This document shows positions 1-13,200 of a stretch of DNA of 64,000 nt, piece by piece. The notes under the pieces are model-generated. The model worked only from the letters and a program-made list of their open reading frames with translations, was not told the DNA's origin and ran no database searches. The stretch is taken from the NCBI GenBank assembly GCA_000934665.2, contig KZ538227.1:1-64000 (forward strand). Reading direction: 5' to 3'. Position numbers and translations under genes: made by a program. Source of the DNA: Catajapyx aquilonaris. Its lineage: Eukaryota. Each line of letters begins with the position of its first letter. Within the stretch, counting starts at the first letter, position 1.

Positions 1-2589
1 GGGGGGGGGTGGCTCCAGGGGGTTAGAAAAAATTTAAATAGTGTGGGGGAGGGAGACCAACCAAAGTCAATCACTGTGGTGAACGCCAGTGTCTCACCGG
101 TGATCCGCTTTCTAAAAAGTTTCTAATGGTGACTATTAGTTTGAAACTTGTGATTATTACATAATGTTGTCATTAACAATGAATGCATAATTTATGTGTA
201 TAGGAAACAGTATGATGCAGTAGAGGTTACCCTGACTGTTAAGGGCTTCCCAAGTGACTTCCTTGAACAGCAGGAAACCTAATATACAGGAGCACACTCT
301 ACACTTTGTATACTGTTCCTAAAGCCATATGCAGAAAGATCGACAACCTATCATATTTTATGATCAATATTATCATCGACGGATTTGCACTAATTAAACG
401 TAATTTTTATGGCAAAAACATGTTTAATCGACGTTATTTTCTCCCTACAAGTAAGTCTTCAAACACGCGACATAGGTTCCGTTTTCCACCATGCTCTCCT
501 AAACGGTGGCTATGAAGAGAGGTGGCCAAGGGGTAGGCCACTACACAAGGTCGCAAGAAACTGTGCAGATTAGCAGAGGTGGCCATGCAGGAGCAAGGCA
601 GAGGAGGGAAGGGGGAAGCGTTTAAGAGGCCGAGAAGGAAAGGAGGGGGCCAAAGGGCGCCAATGGGCTGGAGTGCCACTCCACAAGCACACATCACCGC
701 CGGGGAGGATCCGTCCTACGGTCCATGTAATGCAATTTGCTCGCTGGTTTACCGCCGCTATGAAAACCTCCTGCCTGCCTGCTTGCTTGCTTGCCCACCT
801 CTCTCCCTCTCTCTCTCTCTCGGCGCCTTCCTCATGCACATTCAGGACTGGCCAAACGTCTGCCTCAGACAGAACCTGGCACGCGTCTTACAGGCAGCGA
901 TTATGGCATGGGTACAAGCTAAAACTGTCATCTGGTCATGTTTTTCGTAAAACCATTTAATTTTTTGTGTGTGTCAACAATAGTGGCCACATACGCACCT
1001 AACTGTCGGATGGACACCCCTTGGAAGAAAGAAAGTTGGAGTGGCGCCGACGACGCCTTGGGCTGGTCATCTCGCAGGCTCCCCCCCTGAAAACACCGAG
1101 AAGTGTGCTGGAGAGAGAAGGGGGGGGGGAGATTCCAGGGCTTCTTGGGAGTCCTTCTCTCCGACGGCAAACAAGGGGAATGGGGGAAGCCCATTTCCAA
1201 TCAATAAGTGCCCAACTCTCCCCCCATCTCACCCCCCAACACACAGCCCAGGCCAGACCGTACACCAAACCTTCATTTGAATGCTGTCCTTCTCGGACCT
1301 AAGTGGATCGCTTCCCCACCAATTCGCGCAAAATATGGCTTTCCTTTTCGGTGCCTTTTCCACACTCTTCCCCACGACTAATCAATTTCTGGACTGACTG
1401 GATCATCCCTCGGATATGTTCCGGCAATCGAGCTGGAACGCGACTTATTTCTTTTATTAATTTTGAAAATAATTAAGAGCATACCATGCAAGTTTAATGA
1501 GGTTCGATATGTGAAGCTAACAGCAATGAATAAGTAATATGGCAAACCCTATAAGCAACCACACATTTTTTTTAAAAATGTGACAAAGCATGGGCTGTGG
1601 CCAATTACAAATTAAACCGACCACTTTTGAGTAACGGTGCCAGCAGTCACAAAAAGCATCATCTTCGTTACCACTTTTTATAGCGGTACTAGATCCAAGA
1701 AATGCATCTTCCTCTCGAGACGCTCAGGTGTAAGACCTGGAATTGAGTTAACCTCAATCCGGTCTTAGACCGTAGACATAAAAAGGCCCGACGCTAACTA
1801 CCACCTACCAATAATAACACAGAAGTAAAAAAAAATTGAGAGGGGGGGGGGGGNGGGGAAGAAGTGTAGATTTGAGCCTGAAGGAATGAGAAAAGTGTGA
1901 GATTTGAGCCTTTTTTAAAGGTGGCGACCATCGAATTTGATAGGGAAGCCCGCCTACTCGTGAAGCCCGTTAAATTTTTACTAGCTTAATGTGGTGTATT
2001 TGATACGGAGGAAGCAAACAGCTAGCTTGATGGCTTATAAAACGGGATCGCAGTCCAAATCGGCAGCGGTCAAACTCGCTGCTTCCGCAATTCCAACTTC
2101 AAACGTTTTTTCCCCATTCCCGTCTGACTATACTCGTATAGTGTCAGTTCCGCATCCAATACATGCGTGCGATCAACTAACGCCGCCTTGTTTCTCGGCA
2201 GAACTATGCATAAACATTGGAATGCGGTGGCTGTAGCCAAATATGCCACAAGCTCATAAATATATCGATCCTAAATCACTGGGTGCTGACAGGGAATGAG
2301 GAGGCATAATCAATTTGAAGCATTACGGACTTACAGAGTGTATATACTGCACTATCATGTAGTCTTAACACGTTCTTGGTTTTATATGCCAGAATTTATA
2401 GAGCTGCTGGTGCGATAATAGCCATGCACTTTCTGTACGAGCAGGTGTCCAAATGGTATTCTTTGTACTGCAAGCAGGGTACGCACGTGAAAATACGTCA
2501 GGAGTGAAAGTACGTTGCATAGTACGTGTGTCTAGAATCAAGCAAGCAAGTAAGCCGGCAGCAGCATGCATTTTCCGTGGGCCCAGATC

Positions 2590-2710
2590 CCCCCTCTTCT
2601 CTCTTCTCTTTCCTTCTCCCTCGTTCTCTCTCTCTCTCTCTCCCTTCGTATCCCCTCCTCTCCCCTCTTCATCCCCTCCTCCTCCTCCTCCTCTTTTCCG
2701 TTTCCCTTCG
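2590..2710. repeat. CT-rich polypyrimidine / (CT)n / (CCT)n tract
   Basis: Almost pure pyrimidine on the + strand (GAGA-type on the - strand). Confidence 0.7.
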
Positions 2711-5700
2711 CCGCCGCCTGCAGCCCTTAGTGTGCGCCCCCATGGTCTCGACCTAACGAGCACGCCGCGCTCCTCGTCTAATCACCCGCAAGCCCACCAG
2801 ACTAATTAAACTCCGCGCATATTTTACTGCCGAAAATTCGCTTCGTCTCCAGGGAATGCCGGGAGATTGCCATGCACGGGAACCATGCTTGGTCACAGCC
2901 TCTTAATGGCGCGGCCCCTGCATTTTCCCCCCAAGGGCCTGCTTCTGACACCAGCATCGCGCCGCCCACTAAACTCCCGATCAATAAAGAAAATTATCTC
3001 CCCATTTCTTTTTATCCTTCTCTTCCATCTTTCTCTGCTTGATTAACTAAATTCATCGATCATTCAATTAGTACGCCGATCAATCATAGGCGCGCCATTA
3101 CGCTCCGGGTGGCTGCCTGCTCAGCCTCAGAAATGCTGCCTGGTCTGGCCTGGCAAAGAGTAGTAGAAAGTAGTAAGTAGTAGGCCTTTTCTCACTTCCA
3201 GACCGTTCAGATAGATGCATCTATCTGTTCTACCACTCCAATCGGAAACCATCACTCTTGCCAGGCACAGACTTAGATCAAGATCTGGTTGTATCACAGA
3301 ACATCAAGTCTCAGTGTATTAATCTTGTATTGTCAATACCTACCTATATAAATTGCAGTTAATGTGAAAACCTCATATTAGCTCAATTTACACAAATCCG
3401 GACTTATCAGCTTTAGCATTGATCAGATAACTCTCAAATTAACTCGGGGTACTGATCTTTTAGTACGTTAGTGTTGTTCTAGCCAAAGTTACAAGCGTGT
3501 GGAGCCTTGGCAAGGAAAATTTTCCCCTCACATTTTCAACGAGCATGTAATATAAGCATAGAAATTTACGTGGCCAGAAGGCGTTATAATTTTGCATCTT
3601 CATCACTCCAGTGGTTTAACGTCATTAAGGCACGCACCATGGCTCATAATCATTTACTTTTGAATCCGCCCACACATTTTTACGTTTTTTAACTAATTCA
3701 AAAACTAGCGGTAGTTTTTTTGGGGTGTCCTTCCGGTCCGTCAAATTTTATGTTATTATTTTTTGTGATTTTTATGCGATATTCAGGCTTACAGTTCCCT
3801 AGAGACCATGACAGGTGCTTCATGCATATTCAAAAAAGGAACAAAGATATGGGGAATTCATAATTTCCTTCCAAATATTGCCTTCAGGAAATTTTGATTC
3901 CAGGGAGAGGAGGTTGGCTTCGTCCTCAGAATAAAATCAAGGGGCGGAAGAAGAATCGGTAGCGGACTAAACACATCAGGGCCAGCTTATCACATGCATT
4001 ATCAAGCTCCTAAAACCCCGACTGAATACCAATGACGGTTCGTTTTTAAAATCAAGATCAGCTATCGTTTTCACCATATTTGCTCAGCAGTTGTTGACTG
4101 TCTACAATGGCAACTATTATCTTACGATCAGTAGATAACATTTAGCACGCAAAATTTCCAATTATTATTTAGATTACTCTACCAATAAGTGATATGACAG
4201 CTTCAGTTATAAATGATGCACTTACTTGCTTCGGGTCCACCAATACATCAAATTATTGTATGCATATTTAATGTTTTACACATTATAGCTGTTGAGCGCA
4301 TTATTGCAACACGGTAAAAATCACACCGAATTTCCACTTAAAATAAAAATGAGCTCGTACGTTTATTATTCCATACATACGGTGCACACGATAATTAATG
4401 TGATACTAGTTTGCATTCCCGCGTTCATCGCTCGCGGCGGTCTCACAGCCCGAGCCCATTCAGTTACAATAATTTAGTGGCCCAGACTAATTACACGCCC
4501 GCCCCTAAGACGTCACACAAACGCTTGATAGCTTCTACTACTCAAAGGTGGCAAACTCAATTCCAATAATAAGAATAATAGCCCTGGATCGGGGCAACCC
4601 ACCGTTTGCCTTTTCCTCCTGCAAAAGCCTCCAGAAAAGCGTGGTCCCCCCCTCGTCTTCTTCTTCTCCTCTTTTCAAGACTGAGCGGAAGGGTAAACTC
4701 GCAGAGATGCTGTGTCTTTCAATATTTTAATAGCCTTAATACGTTCTCCCAATCCCATCATCTTAAGTCTCAAGTGTCATTCAAAATTCTCCAAGTTTAG
4801 CAAAGTGCTCGGCTGCATTAATGGCATTGTTGTGTGCCGGAGTGGGTTAATGTATCGCCTTCTCCTTCCCCCCCCCTCAACATTCTCCCCCCTCCTTCTC
4901 CTCCACCCACTACCTCCCACCTCCAACCCTCTTAGAGAAAAGGGGAGTGGAGGAGGGTGCGGCTATGGGTTAGACAGGCATTCGGGAAATTCCCAGTTTT
5001 TCAGTCGACGAAGGAAGAGGCTTCACATTTTTGGGGAAAAAGAAGGTCAATGATTACCCAACCCACACCTCAGGTAACAGTTTCTCAGGTGCCAAACACC
5101 ATCCTCATATCCCCTCCTCGACGCTTAGCAATTATCTCAACCCAAGGATTAGCCTCTAATCGCTCTTCTTAAGTTTTTCCCTACTTAGCTGGGGAGTCTT
5201 TTTCCACGGCGGCCACAAAATTTGAGCCGACAACGAGCTTCGTTATGAAGCTGGTATATGCGTCAAAAATGCAAGCCACATACAGTACAGGTACTTCATA
5301 CAACTTTGGCGATTCATAATGAGCCACCAATCCAGGATTTTTAAAAGTCATCATATCGTTTCTGCAAACATAGAAATTGATTAAATTTCACCAGAGTATG
5401 GGGTCCACACTCATCCGACACCAAAAGAACCCTCCGGATTGCCATCATCTCCACCCGGAATCTATGAACACATTTCATTTTCCGGAGGCCCACCCACACT
5501 TCGGTCCAACTCTTCCAGTGATATTCCAATCAAAAGTCGGAAGGATTTCCTTCACACCTCTTTTTGTCCCCCACCGCGACACACGGCCCTCGCACTTTTG
5601 CCTTATTCCCCAATCTTTAAAAAAAAAAACCGGGGGCCAAACCCCATCAAAACTTCTTACCCCGTTTTCAAAGGAATTATTCGACCCCGCCCCTCCCCAG

Positions 5701-6385
5701 GAATTACATCGATTATTGGGAGGCCTATTTTGAACTTTTATTGACTCGCTTACGTCTTCATATGTAAGCAGTACGTTAAGGTATTAAAAAATCTGTTTTC
5801 TTCCCTCCTCCTTCCTGCAGGTTTCTCATTTTTAGGCCTCAATAACATGCAAATGCCAGCAAAATCTCTCAGTTGAGCACGTGCATTTCTTAGAAGAAAA
5901 AAAACTCTTGTCGTTCATCCTTCCCCGGTACCTATTATGTCAGCCCTTGATGTTATCAATATTGTTAGCGTGCAGTATTGAGTGGCGGATCTAGTTCCGA
6001 TACATCTCACACAAAGGGCTCATTACAACGTTGGTCAATTTATTCAACCGATGTCTAAACCACAGTTTGTGCCGTACAAAGCGGGGGGAAAAAGAATCCT
6101 TCCGGCAGAATCCCAGGCAACAGTGCTTTTTCCCCTCTTTCACTCCAAAAAAAAACCAGAGGCCGCAGAACGAGCTGGAGCAGCGAGGCAAAGCCGCAAA
6201 ATCACACCGAGAGAGTCGCAGAGTGAGATATCGGTCGACCAAAATTAACCTCCCAAAAAATCTAGCAGTTGAATTCGTACCCGGGGTTCTTAAATAAGAA
6301 ATGGGCATAGACTCTGTAATTTCCCAGACTGATTTTGCTGGTGTATTGCATACACCGGGTGTTCGAAAATTTTGGGAACAGCAAT

Positions 6386-6420
6386 CAATTTTTGGGGGAA
6401 ATTTTCCCCCCAAAAAATTG
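6386..6420. repeat. Near-perfect 35-bp palindrome
   Basis: CAATTTTTGGGGGAAATTTTCCCCCCAAAAAATTG. Confidence 0.7.
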
Positions 6421-9333
6421 TCGCCCTTTTGCCATTTAAACGTTGGGATTTACAATCAGCGTGTAAACACACTTGGCTTTGAGCTACAAATCCCGGATCG
6501 TCGACAAAGCTGCTTATACCAGAAGGAGTGGGAGTTGGAGAATAAGAAGTAGCGAGAAAAAAAAGAGCTGGCAGGACAAAGAGGCTGGAGAAGGAAGGAA
6601 AGACTCTGAGAGAAAAAAAAATCATTTGATCTCGTGATATACGCCCTCTTCTGTGAAGTTCGGTTGAGCAATTACACCTGAAATGGTTCTTGGGGAGCAT
6701 TTCATAATTTTGTCAGTTTGAGTTTCATTAAAGTCTTGATTAAAAGTTATGCCTTAACAAACGTCCTCAACGCAGCTGGATTGCCTTTTCCCCTGCCCCA
6801 GGACGTAAATGAACCTGCCGCTGGATAAAAACAATGCAAAAGACCCCTTTTAAGTGCCGCCTCTTCATTTGACATTTCTGTCAAAGGGCGGCCATTTCTG
6901 GGCAGCCCAATATTTTTTTTTCAATTACAGATGACAATTATTTCGTAATGCTTAAGTTGAAACGTACCTAGCACAATTTCTCAGGTGTTGCCCGTGAATG
7001 TGTAGAATTTTCGTCCGAAAATTCCACACAATATTACGAACCTCTAAACCCCTGCTGAGAAGGATGAAGATGAGGTGAAGAGGTAAAAATGAAATGTCTT
7101 GGCATCCTCTCCCATAGCCACTCCCCATCTACTAAATCGAGCTCCCAAATTAAAACAATTTTAATGACCCCCTCTGATAGCGTCTTGCCATTATGAAACC
7201 ATGGAGACCACCCCCCTTTGGTTCTCACACTGTCACGAATCGCAAGAAAAAGACGCTTGGTCTTTCCTAAAGGCGGCGACTTTTCCCAACCTTAGGTGGC
7301 TTCCTTACAAGGTATAAGACGCGCAATACTCGTAAAAGGAAAGAAAATCCGGCCCTCTCTGATGGGCAACATGGTGTGTAAGAGCCTGCCTTTTCTCCCC
7401 CCCGTCTTTTTTTCGCCGCCTCTGGAGCAGTCGTCTTGGCTCTGAATCGCTTTCATTTCTCCGCCTAAATAGCCACTTGGCCGCCACCTTTCGGGGGGGC
7501 ATTTCGACGGCCGGTGATTAGCCCTCTGTCAGAAACAGGCGCCACATTCCCCCCGCACCTTTTAACATACCGGGGAGTCCACAGGAATTTTTTGGTAAAC
7601 CCTATTGCACCTGCCAATGCCAACTAATCAACTGCCATACACGACAAAAAAAGTTTCAGGCTTTTTTTTTCGTTCCCTACTGGTCCAGGAGCCGCGTTTT
7701 GTGCGCCTGCCTCCGCTTCTGAAATAAGTCATCAGGCGGAACAAGGCTGAGAAGTCAAGCGCAGGCAAGGCTCAAGCAGTGTACCCTCGAAATGTACCAG
7801 GCGAAATTATGCCTCCCAAACAATCGCCAGTTGAGTGGCTACAAACAAAGCAGGATATGAGCCCCCTTCCAAAGTGGTCCTAGCCGAAAATCACTTTTGT
7901 AGGTTTCGGGGGGGCCATATTTTTTGGGGGGAGAGGTTAAGTCAACTTGCTTTTCTCGCCCTGTCCTTCTTCCACTTGCCATTCAATTCGCTGATTGCTC
8001 AAGTCCGAAGCAGGCCAAGCGCGTACAACAGAAGCCACAAAAGGACGCCTGCGGGCCAGGCTTTGGCGGACCCAACACTCCTGTATTGCCAGGAATGCCA
8101 TGGTCTAACGTTTGCTTCATGGTGAAAGGGGTCCTTTCACATTCGAATGCATGGAACTGATTGCTTGTGGTACATAAGGCGCTAAATAGTGCTGGACATG
8201 CATGTCATTTTATGTAAACAGCACATAGATGCCACTCGCGGCTGAGCGGAGATGATGAATCACTCCGGACAATTCTCAGCCATTAACCTCAATGAATTCA
8301 ATATCTTCTTGTACACACCAGAAGAACTAAGCTCTAGTTTCCCAACATTTACCTGCAGAGTCGGTGTGAAATTTGCATAACTACATGTTTTCATTATGAA
8401 TGCAAACGAGTGCAAACAGGTCCGATGATATTCATTTTGACCCGAAGCAAGTCAGATTGCTACTTACATATTCAGGGGGAAGGCAATATGTTGCGAAATA
8501 TTAACACGACGCGTCACTAATTAAAATTGGGTAATTAGTTTCGCGCTCAAATAACTGGTTGCGTCAACTACCACCCTGTTCGGTTACACGACAACAAGTA
8601 ACTAAATGATGAAAGCAAGTGTAAATAACGCCCGAAGCGTAATAAAGTCGGCAATAAATCGAACAAAAAAGCTCCATGTTTGTAAGCCGGGTAACAAAAA
8701 AAAAGATGACAAAAGCACATAATGTGAGACGAGAACAACTAATTTCGACTGATAAGGAGACATCCGACTTTGGCAAGTTTTAAAAGCCCTTCAGGGGACT
8801 TTTCATGGTATCATTCTAACGTCGACTGTGGCTAGATAGGTCCAATTAGTCAAGTGTAAGTGAAGCCATAAAGTCATATACAAGGTTCGGAACGAGTCCG
8901 GAGCAATAAAGCGAGCTGGCTCAGTATCGGGCCAGAAGACACTATAGGAAAAGGCGATCGGAGTCTACAGATATTAATTCTCTAACCTGCACCAGTCGAT
9001 GTAATATTATACCAATGTAAATGTCAAAAAAATGTTTCGGCCAGTGTTCAATAATTTCTTGTCCATAATTATTTATATGTAAGTGAGCACATTAGGCATG
9101 ATCGAACATGTCGGCACAAATAAGGTTGTAGCGTAATGCGAAGTGTAAGGAAAGTTTAAAGGCAAGGCGAGCAAGGATCTGAGGAAGAAGGGGAGAGAGG
9201 AAAGGGATAAAAAGCAGGTCGGCGGCGCTGCTGCTCCCACCGCCGTAATGCCCTATCCTGTAATACCGTACCCTGTGGAAGTAATTAAAATTTGCATGAC
9301 TGGCTGGGGAAGGAAGGAAAGAGAAGAGGGGAA

Positions 9334-9346
9334 NNNNNNNNNNNNN
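9334..9346. other. Assembly gap (N run) adjoining poly-G; similar gaps at 1854 and 11915-11930
   Basis: N characters directly abut G/C homopolymers. Confidence 0.95.
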
Positions 9347-10187
9347 GGGGGGGGGGGGAATGTGCAGCAAGCAGCAGCCAAGCCGCGTTTTCCTTTTCCT
9401 TCCTTTGCCTCGCCTGTATTGATCGATGTGCGTTTTCTTCCTTCCTTCCTTCCTTCCTTCCTTCCGCCCAAGACCTTCTTCTTCTTCCCCCTTGTCTTAA
9501 TTAGCAGTCGAAATCTGTCGCGGACATCACGGCTAAAACGTAATATAGGCTGCGCTAATCGCACCCGTACAGCACTCTTTCCTCTCCAACTTGGATGGGG
9601 GCTTTTTTTTCTCCAAAAAGGGGGAGAATTTGTACCCGAGGGGTTGGCAAAAGGACTAGAAGGAAAGGATCGAAGGAATTAATTATTTTTGACGTTATCG
9701 AACAGACCTATGGCCCTCTTCATCCAATACTTCTGCGTCTCTTTTTTTTCTTTCGGTCCCCGACGGCGATTATATTGTCTCTGATCTGCAGACGCAGCAT
9801 TCAAACTGTCCATTTCACCATTGACACCTACACACGTGGCAACAATATTACGTCGTACTCTCACGTGCTTTTCTTCCTCAAAACCTTTCCCCGTCTTGCT
9901 TTTCCCCTCACCCATTCGGTCCACGGTCATTGCGCCAGGATTCGAGTAGCTGGGGGTAGTAGATTTATGGTTCCCTTAAATCAATTTGAAAGTTAACTGA
10001 ATGGGTTTTCCAGTTTCAGAGACGCAGACAGACAGGAAACGAGGGGATGGAGAGATTGTTATGAGAAAGGTAAGCCAGACTGTCTCTTTTATTACTCAGA
10101 GTGCTGTGTATTCGTGCTCATTGACTTGGCTGGTTTATATGCTCGTCACTAGGTGGCGACGAGAATTGTGCCTACGAAATGATCATA

Positions 10188-10286
10188 ACTTTAAACAATA
10201 AGAGTCAGCATATCACGCATACTTTAAACAATAAGCGTAACCACATCACGCATACTTCAAACAATAAGCGTAACCATATCACGCAT
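10188..10286. repeat. Minisatellite, 3 x 33 bp
   Basis: ACTTTAAACAATAAGCGTAACCACATCACGCAT-like unit at 10188, 10221 and 10254, head-to-tail with no spacers. Confidence 0.85.
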
Positions 10287-13200
10287 AAATCTTCAGTTCT
10301 CCAGGGGCAGAAACTCCCTGACAGCAGATGTCGCACTAAGCGTCATCTCATCGTTCACAAATCCATTAGCCATCTCATAGTGACAGTCCCCCATTCATCT
10401 CATCCTGTCCTGCTAAATCCTTGATATCTCTGCTCGCAGCTAATCATTCCCATATAAGTCCGGCCGTGAAAAACGGGCTAGGTTAGAGCAGAAAAGTGCC
10501 CTGCTGGCTGCTGCATCAGAAGAAATAACGTGCCGTCATTTCCGAGAGAGAAGCACTAATGAAGAAGCGCCATAAATATTTCTTTAATTGCATTTGAGCG
10601 AGGGGAAGCCCCGCAGCGACATCGCTTTTTCCTCCCTCCTCCCTCCCTCCCCCTCCCTCCAATTCCTGGAAAAGTGGACGGGCCAGGATTTCAGTGCGGT
10701 TGCTGCATCCATCGCATTTTGCCATTGCCACCTCCCGTGTCCGGCTCTCTGCTTTTGTGAGCCACATTCAGACCGTTCCCCATGCCATAAATGAGCTCCT
10801 GGACTAAGCGGCCCAGGGTGTGTATAGGAGAGGCACGACACGCCCCATACGTTTCACCGTCACTTCCATTTCTCCCCACATTCAAATTAATAATCAAACA
10901 ATTTTATCACCCTGGTTACCCACAGCCCTGCAGCCTCTCTGCATTACTTTCGGCTCACAGCTGTCCTCATATTTTTTTTTGGCTCGTATTCCCCCCCTAC
11001 TCTCTCAGAGTACTTGCCAAACATTTTCTGCACTCATACCCACAAGCCTTCCATACATTTTTCACCAACACATCCGGCAATAATGAAGTTTCCTGATGGT
11101 TTGGGCGGATATTAGGCGACATAATATTGCCAAGAAAATGTTATGGGCCGCATAATCCTGTGTTTATTCTGCTGGCATTGTGACAAATTTTTTTGTCACA
11201 CACATCCAGCGTACCATTGAGAACCTTGTAAACGAAGATAAGTTAGATATGAACCTACCTTTGAGTTCCTCAGATGTAAGATGCAGGAGACGTAGTGCAG
11301 AATAAGGAACAGAAAAAAAAATGTGGAATAGGCCTGGCATCAAGTCTATGGTGTGAGCAAGGGGAGGCTTCTTTTCCCTCCCAACTTCCCGGCCTTCACA
11401 AATGCTGCTAATCGTGGTCGAGGGCACCAGCTGGAAAGAATAGAAAGCAATTTGGAGCAGAATTTCCGATAAAATGCCGGAAAAATTATTTTCAGACTTC
11501 CCACGTGCAACACCAAGAGAAGGTGGTGGAAAAAAGAAAAAAAAAAGGTGGTGAAGAAGAAGTGAAAAAAAAGCTAGAGAGAAAAGGTAGTCTTTTCAGT
11601 TTCCGCTGTCTCCGAGTCCGTCTCTGCCTGCGGAATTCCAACAGACCCACTTTACTTCATCTACATATGTCTTCGTCAGCTGTGCTTTGTTTCTGAAAGA
11701 ACTTATTACGCATGCAAAATTCCCCATTCATATTCAAAATTTTATATCCCAGTTTACCACTAATTTATTCAGCTACATTGATCGAAGGCACTGTACTCCC
11801 TTGGTCCCGCGCGAGGCAAGAACCAACAAAATCGCATTGGCGCCCGCCACACAACCATTTTCTTCCCCAGGAAAAAGTGATTAGCTTCTCAAAATTTACC
11901 TCAGGCTTCCGCTTNNNNNNNNNNNNNNNNCCCCCCTTCCCCCCCCCCCCCCCCCGCATACCGCCATCTTCAGAAAAAAGCCTCAAGACAATCTTTAACT
12001 CTTGTTGCAAGTAAAGTACATGATTACCAAAGATAGCAACTCAATAATCTCGCATGAAGAGTAATAATAATTGTGTACGAGTTGGAACACCCTGTACAAG
12101 CATTATTCTTTGCAGGTGATTCAACAAGCGGGAAAAAGTGCACCGGCGCTTCACCAACAGTCGAAGAAGTGTAGCCAGGCGTCCACTCACACCCTGTACA
12201 GGTGAGTATCTAACCGGATCTAAAATCTGAATCCGGTTCCCCAACCCAACACAACAGCTGGTGTACACCACCACCAACCAAACTGGAAGATTCATAGTGG
12301 CCTTGGCCCCTTTTGGCAGAATATATACGAGCAATGCATGCCCGGGTGTAGTGGGCGTGTCCCATTGGTGTCTACTCCTGGCCCATTATGTAAGTACCCG
12401 GACGTAAATCAAAGAAAGAGTGTGCATCACTCGATGGACATAAATCAGACTTGGTATTACAGTCTGTCCCCAAGGACTTGTGCAAAAAAAAAAGTTAGTC
12501 CCCAGTTTAAAACTGTAATAATTTATTAGTTGCACTATCCAAGTATACACTTCAGTATTCAACATGCCCTGCTAACCACAAAAAATGCCACGTGTTAATT
12601 CGTTGTCCCGATGCGCACGTGCATGTAACGAGCTGATCAATATTCGCTCAATGAAATGATTAATAAAACGTTGAAATTGGAGGCGGTAATGATCAGAAGA
12701 GGGACTCTCTTTCTCTCTCCCTAGGCCTTTAAGTCCGGATATGGTTTCATGCCAAAGTTTGCAAGCACAGGTAACTCCCTCTCTTCCTTTTCCCCCTCAC
12801 TTCGCATCGCCATAATCGAAGATGATCGGCGTTTTCTTACTCGGGTTGACGCCCAGAATATTATCCCGGCTGATTTACCAAGCCCCTAGCATCCTGTCAG
12901 GTTTACGTTGCTTCTCTCTAAGGATGGCTCGGCTCCAAAAAATTACTCGCGATTGTACCTGAAGTAATTGGGCGGACGAGACACCCTCCTTCGAATATGC
13001 TAATAGAATCAGACTGGCGGAATGTCAGCGAGTTTTTTTTTTCAACGGCTTGAACATTTTTTTAAGTGGGAAAGAGTTGCCACATTTTATAAGGAAATGG
13101 CTTGTTTCCGTCGGTGATATTTACAGCTTTGAGTTCAGCTGTTGCGACCTCGGTTACATGATAGATCTATTGCAACAGTGGTTTTAATGAAGTGGTTCGC

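Noticed and set aside
1841..1858. Poly-G/poly-C runs as G-quadruplex elements (also ~9347, ~11931, ~54756, ~61073)
   Set aside because: Several abut N gaps, so their lengths are unreliable, and there is no independent support for function.
3626..3635. TAAGGCACGC, matching the 5' end of miR-124
   Set aside because: Only 10 nt match; the rest of the mature sequence and a hairpin are absent.
10188..10286. 33-bp repeats as a CRISPR array
   Set aside because: The units are contiguous with no spacers, the context is eukaryotic and no cas genes are present.
12076..12201. Two CACCCTGTACA motifs resembling mariner-type ends
   Set aside because: Both are in the same orientation, with no matching opposite end and no transposase.
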